Below, piece after piece: positions 25,961-40,439 of a stretch of 64,000 nt of DNA (position 1 is the first letter of the stretch; every line of letters begins with the position of its first letter). The stretch covers positions 10,044,001 to 10,108,000 of the forward strand of contig OX597835.1 in assembly GCA_951406725.2 (NCBI GenBank), read 5' to 3'. A program made the position numbers and the translations under genes. The notes beneath the pieces are model-generated. The model was not told the origin of the DNA and did no database searches. It worked only from the letters and a program-made list of their open reading frames with translations. Source of the stretch: Octopus vulgaris. Lineage: Eukaryota.

Positions 25961-26166
25961 GATCTGTTATATAAATCTGTTCGATCAGAGGTGATCTGGA
26001 GCTAAACAACGTTATTACAATTATCGTCACCGGTGGGTGGGGGGGATGAAAAAGTTGACTCCTACAAGTTTCGAACTCACACTGTAACAGGAACCGCTTA
26101 AATATTATTTAAATTTTATTCTAATTTCTTCCGTTTCAGATTCCGCTCCACTGCCTCGAGAAAGCA

Positions 26167-26236
<70 letters not shown>

Positions 26237-26263
26237 GTAATAATAATAATAATAATAATAATC

Positions 26264-26325
<62 letters not shown>

Positions 26326-26338
26326 AATAATAATAATG

Positions 26339-26379
<41 letters not shown>

Positions 26380-26418
26380 TGATGATGATGATGATGATGA
26401 TAATAATGATGATGATCG

Positions 26419-26480
<62 letters not shown>

Positions 26481-26481
26481 C

Positions 26482-26539
<58 letters not shown>

Positions 26540-26565
26540 TGATGATGATGATAATAATAATAATA

Positions 26566-26597
<32 letters not shown>

Positions 26598-26610
26598 AAT
26601 AATAATAATG

Positions 26611-26650
<40 letters not shown>

Positions 26651-26712
26651 TGATGATGATAATAATAATGATGATGATGATGATAATAATAATGATGATG
26701 ATGATGATAATA

Positions 26713-26784
<72 letters not shown>

Positions 26785-26799
26785 GCAATAATGATGATA

Positions 26800-26846
<47 letters not shown>

Positions 26847-26880
26847 AATAATAATGATAATAATAATAATAATAATAATA
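26167..26880. repeat. Compound (AAT)n/(GAT)n microsatellite, about 700 bp
   Basis: Direct reading. Confidence 0.95.
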
Positions 26881-27353
26881 CAATTTCTTAATAGCATGTT
26901 GTTGTTATATTTTTGTAACATTAACGGTTTGCTTCTAATTGTTTTGTTTTTGCTGTACAATACACGTGGTTCTGCACATTTAAGTTCACTCAGCCGCGGA
27001 GAAACAACTTCAAGAATCGAAGAATGCTTTATCTGAAAGCATAATTTACATATATTACGCAAACTAGCATCTCATTAGCGACGTTTAATCATGTGAAATA
27101 TGTAAATTGATACAACAGATTAATTATATATTTAGGAAAGTTAAAAGTTACTCAGTCATAGAGCTTCCTTGACAATAGAGAGAAGAATGAAATATTTCTT
27201 CCATCAATCAAAATATTTCTAAACTATTTTAGAATATTTTAAACAAAAGTGTATAAACTCTTTAAAATGCATGATCTGTAGTTTTCATTATCTTGTTTTT
27301 CTTCTCCTCCAGATCAACTTTGACTGAGGAAACCAACAAGCTAAGCTGTATAT

Positions 27354-27772
27354 ACCTATTTCTTTACTACCCACAAGGGGCTAAACACAGACGGGACAAA
27401 CAAGGACAGACATAGGTATTAAGTCGATTACATCGACCCCAGTGCGTAACTGGTACTTAATTTATCGACCCCGAAAGGATGAAAGGCAAAGTCGTCCTCG
27501 GCGGAATTTGAACTCAGAACGTAACGCCAGACGAAATATGGCTACGCATTTCGCCCGGCGTGCTAACGTTTCTGCCAGCTCGCCGCTAAGCTGTATATAC
27601 CTAGTCATATTTTTTCGGTGACATTGCACGTTGGACCACCTTATCCTTGTTGAATGCAATAACCTACGATTTGAGGGAGATTTGGTTACTATTTCTTGTA
27701 ATTTCAGCAACCGTGTAGACGCTATCTATCTATCTATCTCTTTTTTTCTCTCTCTCTCTCTCTTTCTCTCTT

Positions 27773-27808
<36 letters not shown>

Positions 27809-28291
27809 CTTTTAGCCTCGAACTGATTATTTGAATTTTATTAAATGTTAACCTATTTCATTATTACCCACTAGGGGCTAAACACAGAGGGGACAAACAA
27901 GGACAGACATAGGTATTAAGTCGATTACATCGACCCCAATGCGTAACTGGTACTTAATTTATCGACCCCGAAAGGATGAAAGGCAAAGTCGTCCTCGGCG
28001 GAATTTGAACTCAGAACGTAACGCCAGACGAAATATGGCTACGCATTTCGCCCGGCGTGCTAACGTTTCTGCCAGCTCGCCGCTAAGCTGTATATACCTA
28101 GTCATATTTTTTCGGTGACATTGCACGTTGGACCACCTTATCCTTCTTGAATGCAATAAGCTACGATTTGAAGGAGATTTGGTTACTATTTCTTGTAATT
28201 TCAGCAACCGTGTAGACGCTATCTATCTATCTCTTTCTTTCTCTCTCTCTCCTTCTCTCTCTTTCTCTCTCTCTCTCTCTTCTCTCTCTTC

Positions 28292-28332
<41 letters not shown>

Positions 28333-28378
28333 TCCTTTTAGCCTCGAACTGATTATTTGAATTTTATTAAATGTTAAC
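27354..28378. repeat. Tandem duplication of about 0.5 kb; each unit has a minus-strand SINE A (about 27357-27586 and 27853-28083), unique flank and CT tract
   Basis: Near-identical ORFs 27462-27710 and 27959-28207 (offset 497); first SINE flanked by the direct repeat GCTAAGCTGTATATACCTA. Confidence 0.9.
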
Positions 28379-29634
28379 CGTACATTCACTTATAAGAAAT
28401 TCAGAACATAATATAATCGGAAACTTTATTTAATTTCTTCCCTCACACAAATCTCAGAGGAAGACAAAGACAAAACTCATCGGGAAAGACGTCGAAATAT
28501 CACAGACAGCTGGAAGAAATATCACCATTCTTCGAACATTGAATAGCATCCTTGAAGATAAATCTTTTACATAGAAATATTTCCGTAAAGGAATACTTCT
28601 GATCCGTCAATTCATGTTTAGTTTTATCGGAATTATACTCAAAGAAGGGAAAGCTATTGTCTTACTGATACAAGAACGAAAAGCATATTGTACAGGACGG
28701 CCGAATGATTAAATAAGACTGCTTCGCAATAACCAGGTTCCATGTTCGATTTCAGTGTGCGTCGCCTTGGATAAATGTCTTTTACTATGGCCTCGGGTCA
28801 CCCCATACATGTGAATAAAATTGGATAAATGGAAACTGTGCAGAAGCTCATTAAATAGGTTGCTGCACTTGCAATTCAAGAGCCCGGGGTTGTTAACTTA
28901 TCTTATACTCATTTCAAAGGGGAATTCAGATACAGGGCCACGTGTTTGTGGGATATACAACTGTTTATAATTAGGAGGTAATTCAGTTGCCCGGACAAAT
29001 GAATAATCATCGTCGAAACAGACGGAGGTTCATTACTTGAATTAAGAAACTAGGACAGATAAAAAGTAAAGCTGAATGATGGTCGAAACCACAAAAAATC
29101 TAATCCGCTCCTCTTCGATTCTGCTATTGATTGATTTTGGGAGGGGGTGTCTTGCGAAGTTCCAAAACATTTTCCTAAAATTTGCTTGTAATTAAGGAAC
29201 ATGATGGGCAGTATTTAGGGGGAGGACGCTAGTCAATTAAACCTACCCCAGTATTTAACTGGTACTTTTTTATCAGCCCCGAAAGGATGAATGGCAAAGC
29301 TGGCCTTGGTAGCATTTGAACCCAAAAGAAATGCCACTAAGCCTTTTGTCCCGAAGTGTTGGCGATTCTGCCACTATTATGGTTGGGTCATGTTAAACAT
29401 TTGAAACACACACGCACTAATAACCTTTTGCACTGTATTTCGGTGATAAAGAAACGGTAGATTATCATTGACCAGGTCGTAGATTTAGAAAGACAGACAT
29501 CGATAGAATTTTAAATTAAATAATATAACCTAGAACGTCATTTGTATGTTTTAATTGGCCATGATGTCTGCCACCACGATGCAGTCTTTGCACTTTTAAC
29601 CCGTGACATTAGATTAACTCCCTTGTCAAATAAT

Positions 29635-29968
29635 TCGGAGACCCCCTTCGGTCACGACACAGACCATGGGATTGCACCTAGAAAGTTACCCTCCTAGACA
29701 CAAGTCCGGGCGAGGTTGTTTATGGAAGACCAGCAGTCGCCCATGCATACCAGCCTCCCCTCTCCACGCCACCAGTGTTATCCAAGGGAAAGACAAAGGT
29801 CGATACAGCTTGGCACCAGTGACGTCGCAACTAATTTCTACAGCTGAGTGAACTGGAGCAACGTGAAATAAAGTGTCTTGCTCAAGAACACAACACGCAG
29901 CCCGGTCCGGGATTCGAGCTCACAACCTCACGATCGTAAGCTCGACGCTCTAACCACTGATCCATGCG
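29635..29968 (-). mobile_element. SINE, head D + tail Z
   Basis: Shares TCTTGAGCAAGACACTTTATTTCACGTTGCTCCAG..CACTCAGCTG with the 63469 copy but has an unrelated 3' tail ending GACCGAAGGGGGTCTC. Confidence 0.8.
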
Positions 29969-30894
29969 ATATACAAGTCGAATTTTTCAGATCAAAATTT
30001 ACAGCTAAAATAGGTATGTCGACTTTAGGGGACCAAAACGAGTTTGGGGGACGAAAATGACTTTTGGGGACTAAAACTCGTGTTGAAATGCAGTATGGTT
30101 CAGAAAGATAGTACAGGTGTTTGAATGTTTACCTTGCACACTTATGTCGTATACTACGTCGACTTGTATGCCGGAAAATACGGTATTAAATTGATTTTCC
30201 CATCAGTTAAAAGTATTTTTACACTAATTGCGTAAATTTGTAGTATTTATAATGAACATTTTCTTACTATGGAAAAAATCAGGAACGTCTCCAAAATGTT
30301 TCCCGGGTTCTTGGAAACCTTAGAATTAGTGGGGAAAAATACAATATTTTACTGAAAGACACAGAGAGAGAGACAGACAGACAGACAGACACAGACAGAG
30401 AGAGACAGAAATAAAGAAAGAGAGAGAGACTATGAACTAGGTTATCAGTAAAGGAAAAATAACAAAACAGTGGAGAAAGTGAGGTTTTGGTTCTTATGCA
30501 CTGAACCTTTCCTAATCCCCGGCTTAGAACGGACTTCGTAAACCGAGACGGTGTGGTTAGGGCTTTTGAATATCCTTTCTTGTGATATTTGTATAAATGG
30601 TAACAGAGTGGGATAATGTGATTTATGGTTGAGAGAAACAAACTGTTGTTGTAGAACTCATTGTGTCTGTGTGAACGGAGATATATGTATGTATATGCGT
30701 GTGTTGTATATGTGTGGGTGTTGTATGTGTGTGTATGTGAGTGTGTAGTATTGAGTGCTTTGGTATGTGATTAACTTCTCTTTCCTACATCCCACTTTTT
30801 CTCTCTTTCCTCCTTCTCTTTCTCTCTCTCTCTCTCACTGTTTTCTCATTCTCCTCCTTCCTCCCTTCTCTTTCTATATCACTCACTCTTTTTC

Positions 30895-30944
<50 letters not shown>

Positions 30945-31025
30945 TATATATGTATGTATATATATATACACACATATATATATATGCACACATACACACA
31001 TACACACACACACATATATATATAT

Positions 31026-31059
<34 letters not shown>

Positions 31060-31593
31060 CCATACACGTAAATGATGGATAGCTATAAATACACGCACAC
31101 ACACGCACATACACACATATGGATGATGAATGTTTAAAAATGTGTAACGTTTTATATAATCAATACACGCACACATACACGGCAGTACACATAAACATAT
31201 ACATATGTCTATTAACTTATTCATATATGTGTGTGTGTCTCTCTCTCTCTCTCTCTCTCTGTATGTAGCGTAAATGATGGATGCTTACAAACGTGTAAAC
31301 TTTAATAAATCAACACACACATATACATCACATATACATATGTTATATCAACTTCACTTATGCATACATACATACATACATACATACATACATACATACA
31401 TACATACATACATACATACATACATACATACATACACACATAATGCTTTAGATAGAATGAACTTCTTTTTCGGATATGTGAACTACTAGCGATATACATA
31501 TATATATATATATATATAGATATAGATATATGCCGGTGAATATATATATATATATGTAAGTATATATGTATATATATGTATATATATGTAATA

Positions 31594-31693
<100 letters not shown>

Positions 31694-32168
31694 TATATAT
31701 TTATATATATATATCGCATCGTTTCTAAATTACGTGCTCGGAAACCTATTGATATGAACACCGTAAGTAATAACCCCGGTGACTCTTTCAAAGATTCTAT
31801 AGAGATATAGTCTTAATTTTTGTTTTGGTGATTTGCCTGAACATTGTGCATCTCAATACTCTGGTGTTTCAAAAGTCAAATAAAAATGTTCCTTCTTCAT
31901 TTTGCTTTCTTGCAAACGTCTTCTTCTTTGTGCTCTTCACAAAAGAACATTTCATTCGGATCTAATTCACTGGAATTCTTCCGATCAAAAGATCTTATTA
32001 TTCTCCATTCTATGACGTTTAAAGTGAAGGCTTGAAAAAATAGAGACATCTGCTTTCGGTTATTTTCACTGTAACATTTCTTTTGTTTATAATGCATGGC
32101 GATTGTCGTCTGGCGGCTTTGAATTCGGATAACATAACAATCTGCAGAAAATTTCACCCCTCTCTCTC

Positions 32169-32220
<52 letters not shown>

Positions 32221-32324
32221 GCTCTCCTTATCTCTTCGTCTGGCGGCTTTGAATTCGGATAACATAACAATCTGCAGAAAATTTCACCCCTCTCTCTCTC
32301 TCTATTTCTCTCTCTCTCTCTCTT

Positions 32325-32362
<38 letters not shown>

Positions 32363-32665
32363 TCTCTCTCTCTCTCTCTGCCTCTCTCTCTCTTTACCTC
32401 TCTCTCTCTTCCTCTCTCTCTCTCTTTTCTCCTCTCTCTTTCTTCCTCTCTCTCTCTCCCTCTCTCTCTCTCCTTCTCTCTGATTGTAATTTACTTTGAC
32501 GTAATCGCTTAGTATTCCATTTCTTGGAACCATAGCCTGGTAGTGCAAACACGGAATTCCAGAGTTCAATACCGTTTGAGTCGTTGTTGTCGCAGGGAGG
32601 ACTTTATTTTCATTCTCCATGTTTTAAGAAAGATGATTCTGAGCCTCAAACAACAATATATATAT

Positions 32666-33041
32666 AGGAGTGGCTGTGTGGTAAGTAGCTTGTTTGCCAA
32701 CCACATGGTTCTGGGTTCAGTCCCACTGCGAGGCATCTTGGGCAAGTGTCTTCTACTATAGCCTCGAGCAGACCAAAGCCTTGTGAGTGGATTTGGTAGA
32801 TGGAAACTGAAAGAAGCCCGTCGTATATATGTATATATATATATATATGTGTGTGTGTGTTTGTGTGTCTGTGTTTGTCCCCCTAGCATTGCTTGACAAC
32901 CGATGCTGGTGTGTTTATGTCCCCGTCACTTAGCGGTTCGGCTTACAAAGAATAAGTGCCGGGGTCGAGTTGCTCGATTAAAGGTGGTGCTCCAGCATGG
33001 CCGCAGTCAAATGACTGAAACAAGTAAAAGAGTAAAAGAGT
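32666..33041 (+). mobile_element. SINE family B
   Basis: Head to (GTAAAAGA)n tail, small internal deletion. Confidence 0.9.
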
Positions 33042-33789
33042 AATATCAAAAACAACATCACTACGCTATCACAGCAAAGGAAAAGCGGTATGTCGGCAAA
33101 ATCAACGAACGCCGGAAAAAATGAGAAATTTCATCCGTCTCCTTCTGTTCTGGGTTCAAATCCTAACCCAGTCAGCTTTACATTTCATTCTTTCCAGGAC
33201 GATAAAATAAAGTACCAGTCAAGTACTAAAACGGATGCAATCGGCTGACACCCTCCCCTCAGAACTGTTATCTTTGTTTCTCAATTAAAGATAGTTCTAT
33301 GATTAATAGAAATAAATTTCAACTCCACAATCCTCGTGCTGTTGTTATTGACTGCGCAGACCTATGACCGAACACGTCGAAACTATGACCACCCTGTCAT
33401 TTCCTCGGGAACATAATGCTATTTAAAATCCATCATTCTTGTCTCCTTTTTAAAATAGTAGAATGCGGTTATGGATGATTTGGTTGCAATTTCTAGCAAA
33501 TCTTATTTATAGTTCAGTTGAGTGATTCAGTTCAGTAATTAAGTGAAACAATAGGATGCCGTTGATGGGATTCGAACCTTTAACATTTCGATATCCTATT
33601 GACTCGACCAGGCTCGAATCCCAATAGAGAGGTAGTCAGTTTAACAGACACCGTTCTTTCTCAAACTAGTTATTGAGAATGAAAATTACAAATAATGAGA
33701 GAAAACAAATGCCTTTCCTGGAAATCGAAACCCTTATCCTAAGTTCTTTTGTTAGCAACTTACACCACACCACAATTCAGGCACATATA

Positions 33790-34188
33790 TTCTTTTCTAC
33801 TCTAGGCACAAAGCCCAAAATTTTTGGGGGAGGGGCCCAGTCGATTAGATCTACCCCAGTACGCAACTGGTACTTAATTTATCGACCTCGAAAGGATGAA
33901 AGGCAAAGTCGACCTCGATGGAAGTTGAACTCAGAACGTAAAGACAGACGAAATACCTATTTCTTTACTACTCACGAGGGGCTAAACACAGAGGGGACAA
34001 ACAAGGACCGACAAACGGATTAAGTCGATTACATTGACCCTAGTGCGTAACTGGTACTTAAGTTATCGAATCCGAAATGAGGAAAGGCAAAGTCGACCAC
34101 TGCGGAATTTGAACTCAGAACGTAGCAGCAGACGATATACCGCTAAACATTTCGTCCGGCGTGCTACCGTTTCTGCCAGCTCGCCGCC
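33790..34188 (-). mobile_element. SINE family A dimer (tail A1 then tail A2)
   Basis: Same AAAGAAATAG|GTATTTCGTC junction (33947-33966, reverse strand) as the 8098 multimer. Confidence 0.85.
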
Positions 34189-35270
34189 TTAATTCATACA
34201 CAAATATTGCAATCTATATAGAAATATAGGAACTTCATTTTCGAAAATTAATATTTCGATTTTGGTTGGTTAGACAGACGTAGCGAAGTATTTGTTGACC
34301 ATGTAGTATCTCCGAAATGAGAATCTTTCTGAAAGATTTCCTGAATAATTATACGCAGAACAAGAGATTTGATATTTCAGGTAACAAATATTAATATCAT
34401 AATGAGATATATTTCGTGTAGATGTGTGTCTTCTATACTAAGAACGATGGTTCCAGATAAAGATTAAGGAACTTTTTGTTCTGTTTCTTCATTTCAACTA
34501 TGCACAATGGGAAACAAATAGTAATCTTTTCATGTAAAAAATAAGATCAACGCCATTTTCGGTGTGTTAGGATTACGTCTATTGTTAAAAAAGTTAATGC
34601 AATTTATTTTAGAGATGTTCAATAGAGGTATTAACCGACTGTACTAAATTACCCTTGTCGATCATTCTTTGAACGTATTGACTATTCTTAATACTTTCCT
34701 TATATGTTCTGTGCAGCAAAAAAGGTTTGGAATCACCAGACAACGCTGATGTCTTTTGACACTACATTTCTTCTGTCTTTTATTTAGAAAATTTTACCTT
34801 TAAATTGTAAATACGAATGAGAGCGACTCTAACAAGAAAGACAATAATAACAGACAAGGATTCTGGATTATTTTTCCTGTTCTTTTACTTAATTTTTGAG
34901 AGACTCGGGTTCATTTTTAGTATTCTCGTATGTATGCATGTATGTATGTATGTATGCATGTATGTATGTATGTATGTATGTTTGTATGTATGTATACATG
35001 TATGCATATATGCATGTATATCAATATTCTTTATTAGCTAATTCTTTTGGTGACAATGATAACTATTAGCCATTTCAAATTGTTTAATATTTCCCTTCAA
35101 TTCTTTTTTCTTTTTCCCGCTAATAATTAGCATATGCCATTTCTTTTACAAAATAACATATTTCTAATATATTTCCTCCAGCAATTTCAGTACTGGTATT
35201 CTTATCCCTTTAAATTTCAATATCTTTATCGTTAACGATATAGATATCAACGAATCCCTCAGTGACATAC

Positions 35271-35336
<66 letters not shown>

Positions 35337-35850
35337 TTATTATCATTATTATTATTATTCATCTCTGCTTTGCTGCCGTCTTGTATAGATTTTTTATCTT
35401 ATCGGCAACGAACAGAGAGTGATTATGTTATTGTTAAAATTTCTCAAGAAAATATTATCCATTATTCTTTACTCTAATCTCCCTTATGTATTACGTATCT
35501 AAAACTGAAAACTTTTCTGTGATTATTACAAAGTGTTTCTAAATGTCATTGCCAGAAAAGGCAGCTGAAATACGGTGATAGCTGCTGATATAAGAACAAT
35601 CATATCTATAGAGCTTATCTTTTGATTGGTGATGTTTTAAAATCGTTTAACTAAAATATATGACATGATGGCAAAAAAAATTTCGAAGGATACAATTTGG
35701 TCCTTGCGTATAACTGAAATTCATATACGGTTTCCAATTTTGGCAAAGGCCAATAATTTTGAGGGGACAGTGTATTACTTGTATTACTCAGTACTGTCCA
35801 CCTGAGCACTTCACTGGTACTTTATTTTATCGACTCAGAAGGATAAAAGG

Positions 35851-36074
35851 CAAATTTAACTTCGATCAAAGTTAACCTCGATCAAAGTTAACTTCGATCA
35901 AAGTTAACCTTGATCAAAGTTAACCGCGATCAAAGCTAAACGTGATCAAAGTTAACCGCGATCAAAGCTAAACGTGATCAAAGTTAACCTCGATCAAAGT
36001 TAACCGCGATCAAAGTTAACCTCGATCAAAGTTAACTGCGATCAAAGCTAAACGTGATCAAAGTTAACTGCGAT
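35851..36074. repeat. 16-bp minisatellite (14 units, consensus near CAAAGTTAACCTCGAT) inside a SINE A remnant
   Basis: Directly continues the SINE A sequence GGATAAAAGG|CAAA...; the unit resembles the SINE segment CAAAGTCGACCTCGGC. Confidence 0.9.
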
Positions 36075-36605
36075 CAAATTTAGCGACAACTTATGCTTTT
36101 AATGTCATTTAGCAAAGGATAAATATCACATCTTCCATTTACTGTTCCCCAATCAAAAGAAACAAACATGCGTTTGGCAATGGTCAGCTGAAACGCGAAT
36201 GGTCACGACACGGTTTCAATTCCTAGTTTAAAATATTTCACTTCATTTTGTTTCGTTTGTGAATTACATGTCTTCAAAAGAGCCATTATTTCAATAAATT
36301 CCTATTTCCCCCATAGAAATCAATATTTGCATAAATAAAGGAATCTTGTCGATATTTCCTGTCGTTTGAATTGTAATCCGGTTCGAAATGGGGAATCTTT
36401 CGGTATCTTTTTTTTATATTTTATTTCCCGTTGATTTTCGGGAAGAGGGTCAATATGGGATCAAATGTTTTTGTTTTTTTAATGGATTGGTCAAATGTCC
36501 GGGTTTCATTTCAATGCTTCTGCGATTGGATGCAGGAGGGAAAGCGAGGAACGAAAGAACGAAGAGAAGAATGAAAGAACGAAGGACGAAAGAAAGGAAG
36601 GACGA

Positions 36606-36665
<60 letters not shown>

Positions 36666-36666
36666 A

Positions 36667-36700
<34 letters not shown>

Positions 36701-36705
36701 AGGAA

Positions 36706-36739
<34 letters not shown>

Positions 36740-38475
36740 AGGAAGGAAGGAAGGAAGGAAGGAAGGAAGGAAGGAAGGAAGGAAGGAAGGGAAGGAAGGC
36801 AGGAAGGAAGGAAGTCAGCTAACCCCAAAAACCTAGCTTGAATGCTTGCCACAGCATCGACTCCAGTCAAGATAGTCAATGGCCGGGTAAGGATGGGATG
36901 TTAAACTGGTTGATGAATGAAGTCCGGCAACGAAAACCAACGAACAACGGTCTATCCGATGACTTCCGCCCAGTTGAGAAAACTTGGATTGACCTAAAGG
37001 TGTGTTAAAAGACACCAAACCGAGATAACACAGAGCGGGACTCGACCCCGAAACCACCCGGTTTTCAGAATGAAACTATTGACCATGCAGCAGCCGTTTA
37101 CTCTCTTTCCTTATCAAGTACGATTTTGATTCCAGTTGGGAAGAAAAATATGTCTTTGATCAAAGGAAACAACGTTGGCCGGATTAGTTTAGAACTTGGT
37201 GTTGAATCCTGTCAAAATATTTTCCATCATTCTCAGACCTATTCTAAGTTCAAAATCTAAAGAATTTGGTTAAATAATGACTATTTCTGGAAGAATTATT
37301 GAGTTCCAGTCAATGAAACCAATATATGCGTCATAGGAAATGCAATATGTCTGGTCTGTGTGCGTCGATCTAAGCTATGCAGTGTGTCGTGTATGTGTGT
37401 TTCTATACCAGGAACCATATTCCTCGAAGTTATACAATATGTCAGTGTGTGTTTCTCTAAGATATGTAATATGTCTGTGGCATTTTGACCAACATCTCGG
37501 AACATTACAGATCAGGATTTTCTAAATAGACAATATCTTTCACCAGTTACTTTGTCCAGCCACATGCTGTGTAAACTGATGACCGCAACATATCGATTTT
37601 GAATGTTTATTAATGCGTTCACATCTTGATGATGATTCATACAGTAGAATTGTCATCTTATGTATGTGCTACATGTTACATATTTTACATGTCCCTGAAC
37701 AATTCCCTCTAATTAAACGACTCTTTTTCATCTCCCGTCTTTTCCAATGTTTCTGTCTAATGCCAGCGAAGGACGAATTGTCAGGATCATAAAAGTCGAT
37801 TTATTAAATGACTAAGAATATTGATATTCGCCAGAACAATCTTTTACATTTGTTTCATTTGTCTCTCATTCCACTGAGGTCGGCTTAACTTTCATCCTCC
37901 AAAGTCTGATGGAAATAAATACAAATAAAACACAGGAAGCAATTCACCTCACTCCTCACCTTCCTCGCGTTTACAATTGTCATATCGCTTATGAAAAGTT
38001 TCTCAATGACCGAGTCTGTAATACAGTTTTGATTCGCGTTTGAAAAGATTTCCCTAATGCTTTGAGGAAAGACATCACAGGGATATGTGGCAAGAAGCTT
38101 GCTTCCCAACCACATGGTTCCGGTTTCAATCCCAGCGCGTATCACCTGGAGCAAATGAATTCTAGTTTAGCCTCCGGGTTTGTGAGTAGATTTGGTAGAC
38201 GGAAACTGAAAGAAGTCTGTCATGTATATATATATATATATATATATATAGTTGAATGAATATATCCTAGTATGGATAATTCGGGAATGAATTATCCTAG
38301 TATGGATAATTCGGTTAACCGATACCCGGGTAGCAAATTCACGTCAGAAAAACACGGTTGAAGCTGCATGCCAAGGGCAGAGATCACGTGCTTTCGTGTG
38401 AAAATTTGTGTTTTTTCATTTATACAAATAAATGAAAGAATGGAGTTGAATGACGATTTAACAAAATTCCTTTAT

Positions 38476-38556
38476 TCTCGACATATGTTTCGAAGACTGC
38501 ATATTCCTAATTTCGAAGGAATAAGGGGTGCATTATACCGCCTTCTCATCAGGAAA
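38476..38556 (-). ncRNA. Type I hammerhead ribozyme motif
   Basis: Minus strand TTTC-CTGATGA-stem II GAAGGC/GTCTTC with internal hairpin TATTCCT/AGGAATA-GAAA-palindromic stem III ACATATGT-GUC-GAGA. Confidence 0.75.
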
Positions 38557-38940
38557 GACAAGGAACTTATGTCGGCATCATGATGAACAAAAACTTTTAG
38601 ATGACTGCCCACGCGGAGTCCATAGCGATAATGAGTGTCTCTTTAAAATATTCCGTTATAAGCAGTGACGTCAAAAATGGTTGAATGTAGAAGATTCTAG
38701 AAAGTTCAAGAGTTCAAATAAGGCTGGAAGGGGAGAGATTACATAACAGTAACATAACAACAGAATCGAAAGATGCTGGTTGTCGTCATCTTTCATCTTT
38801 AAAGATTTGAAATGGAATATCGACACGTTGTGTCATCGTTTCTGCCCTCGTCTTGACAGAAAATTGAGATGTGCTGCGCAATTAGACACAAAGGCAGACA
38901 TCTGTGCACACAAACATTCTCAGACATAGACACATGCATA

Positions 38941-38981
<41 letters not shown>

Positions 38982-39075
38982 CCACAAGTAAAAAGATATG
39001 CAAGGATATATATATATATATATATATATATGTGCATATGAGTGCAGAAGGATAGAAAACGAAGATAGATCGATC

Positions 39076-39165
<90 letters not shown>

Positions 39166-39338
39166 TGGATAGATGGATGGATGGATGGATGGATAACAGA
39201 AAATTACTCAATCCAGAAAGAGATAATCGATTGCCAAAGTCGAAACTCTGGGAAACTCAATAAAAGTCAGTTCAATAACCAATTTTAATAGATTAGAGTC
39301 TGAGAAGTAATCTAAAGCAACGCTGGTTACGTCGCATC

Positions 39339-39350
39339 ACTTCCGGAAGT
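39339..39350. promoter_or_regulatory. Palindromic double ETS-type motif ACTTCCGGAAGT
   Basis: Perfect 12-bp palindrome in non-repeat sequence with several CpGs; function unverified. Confidence 0.25.
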
Positions 39351-39554
39351 TACTGTGTGGAGCTGCCATTATGGACGTTTTATATTTCTCTTTTTCTCTT
39401 TCTCACTCTCTCTCCCTCTCTCTTTTTCTCTCTCTCTAGCTATCTATCTTTCTCTATCTATCTTTTGCTCTATATATCTTTCTCTCTCTTCCTCTCTGTC
39501 TCTTCTCTTTTCTTTCTTTCTCTCTTTATTTTTTCTCTCTCCCTCTTTCTCCCT

Positions 39555-39588
<34 letters not shown>

Positions 39589-39871
39589 GCGTCTTCTCTC
39601 ACTTCCTCTCTTTTTCTTTTTGCCTTCCTCTCTCTTTCTATCTCTATTTTTCACTCTCTTCCTCTCTCTCTTTTCTTTTCTTTCTTTCTCTTTTTATTTC
39701 TCTCTCTCTCTCCCTTTTCCTCTCCCTCCTTCTCTCTCTCTATCGTCTTCTCTCACTTCTCTTTTTCTTCCTGTCTTTCTCTTTCTATCTCTATTTTTCT
39801 CTCTCTTCCTGTCAATCTCTATCTATCTATCTTCCTTTCTCACTTCCTCTCTCACTTTTCTTTTATCTCCT

Positions 39872-39904
<33 letters not shown>

Positions 39905-40439
39905 CTTTCTCTCTCCCTCTTTCCCTCTTGTATAAAACACGTACGGAAACTGCACATCACGTGGCCTTCGTGTGATCAATCCCGCTTCAAGAACGAGCTA
40001 ATCAAACCTTACTCAAATCAAATCCTGCTGTCATAGAACAGTATGACAATCCAAGCACATAAAAGACATGGTGGTCATGGTAGGAATGCATTTAGTGATA
40101 GATCTCCTGGATCAGATTGATTTGGAGGGAAATCATGAAAACAATATAGGAAAGACTTACCTACATTATAATACAACGAGTGTAATTTTCTATATAAATG
40201 TCTTTATTTAATGGTTCATCGATTAATGGTTCATCGATATCCATCGACCTAAAGATAATGAAAGGTACATGATTCACGACATCAATACCAAGAATTAATT
40301 AACGATACCTGAACGTTTCCTTTAACTTCGATAATAAAATTTGGTCCTCATTTCCGACTGCTGGGTGTTACGTGAGGAAAGCAGTAAAACCAAAGGAAAA
40401 AGAAAAACCTGAACAAACTTATTTAGTTCCGTCTTGCTC

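Noticed and set aside
31830-32040. Possible transposase C-terminal remnant
   Set aside because: No motif I can name with confidence.
35851-36074. CRISPR-like array
   Set aside because: Head-to-tail 16-bp units without unique spacers, no cas genes, eukaryotic context.
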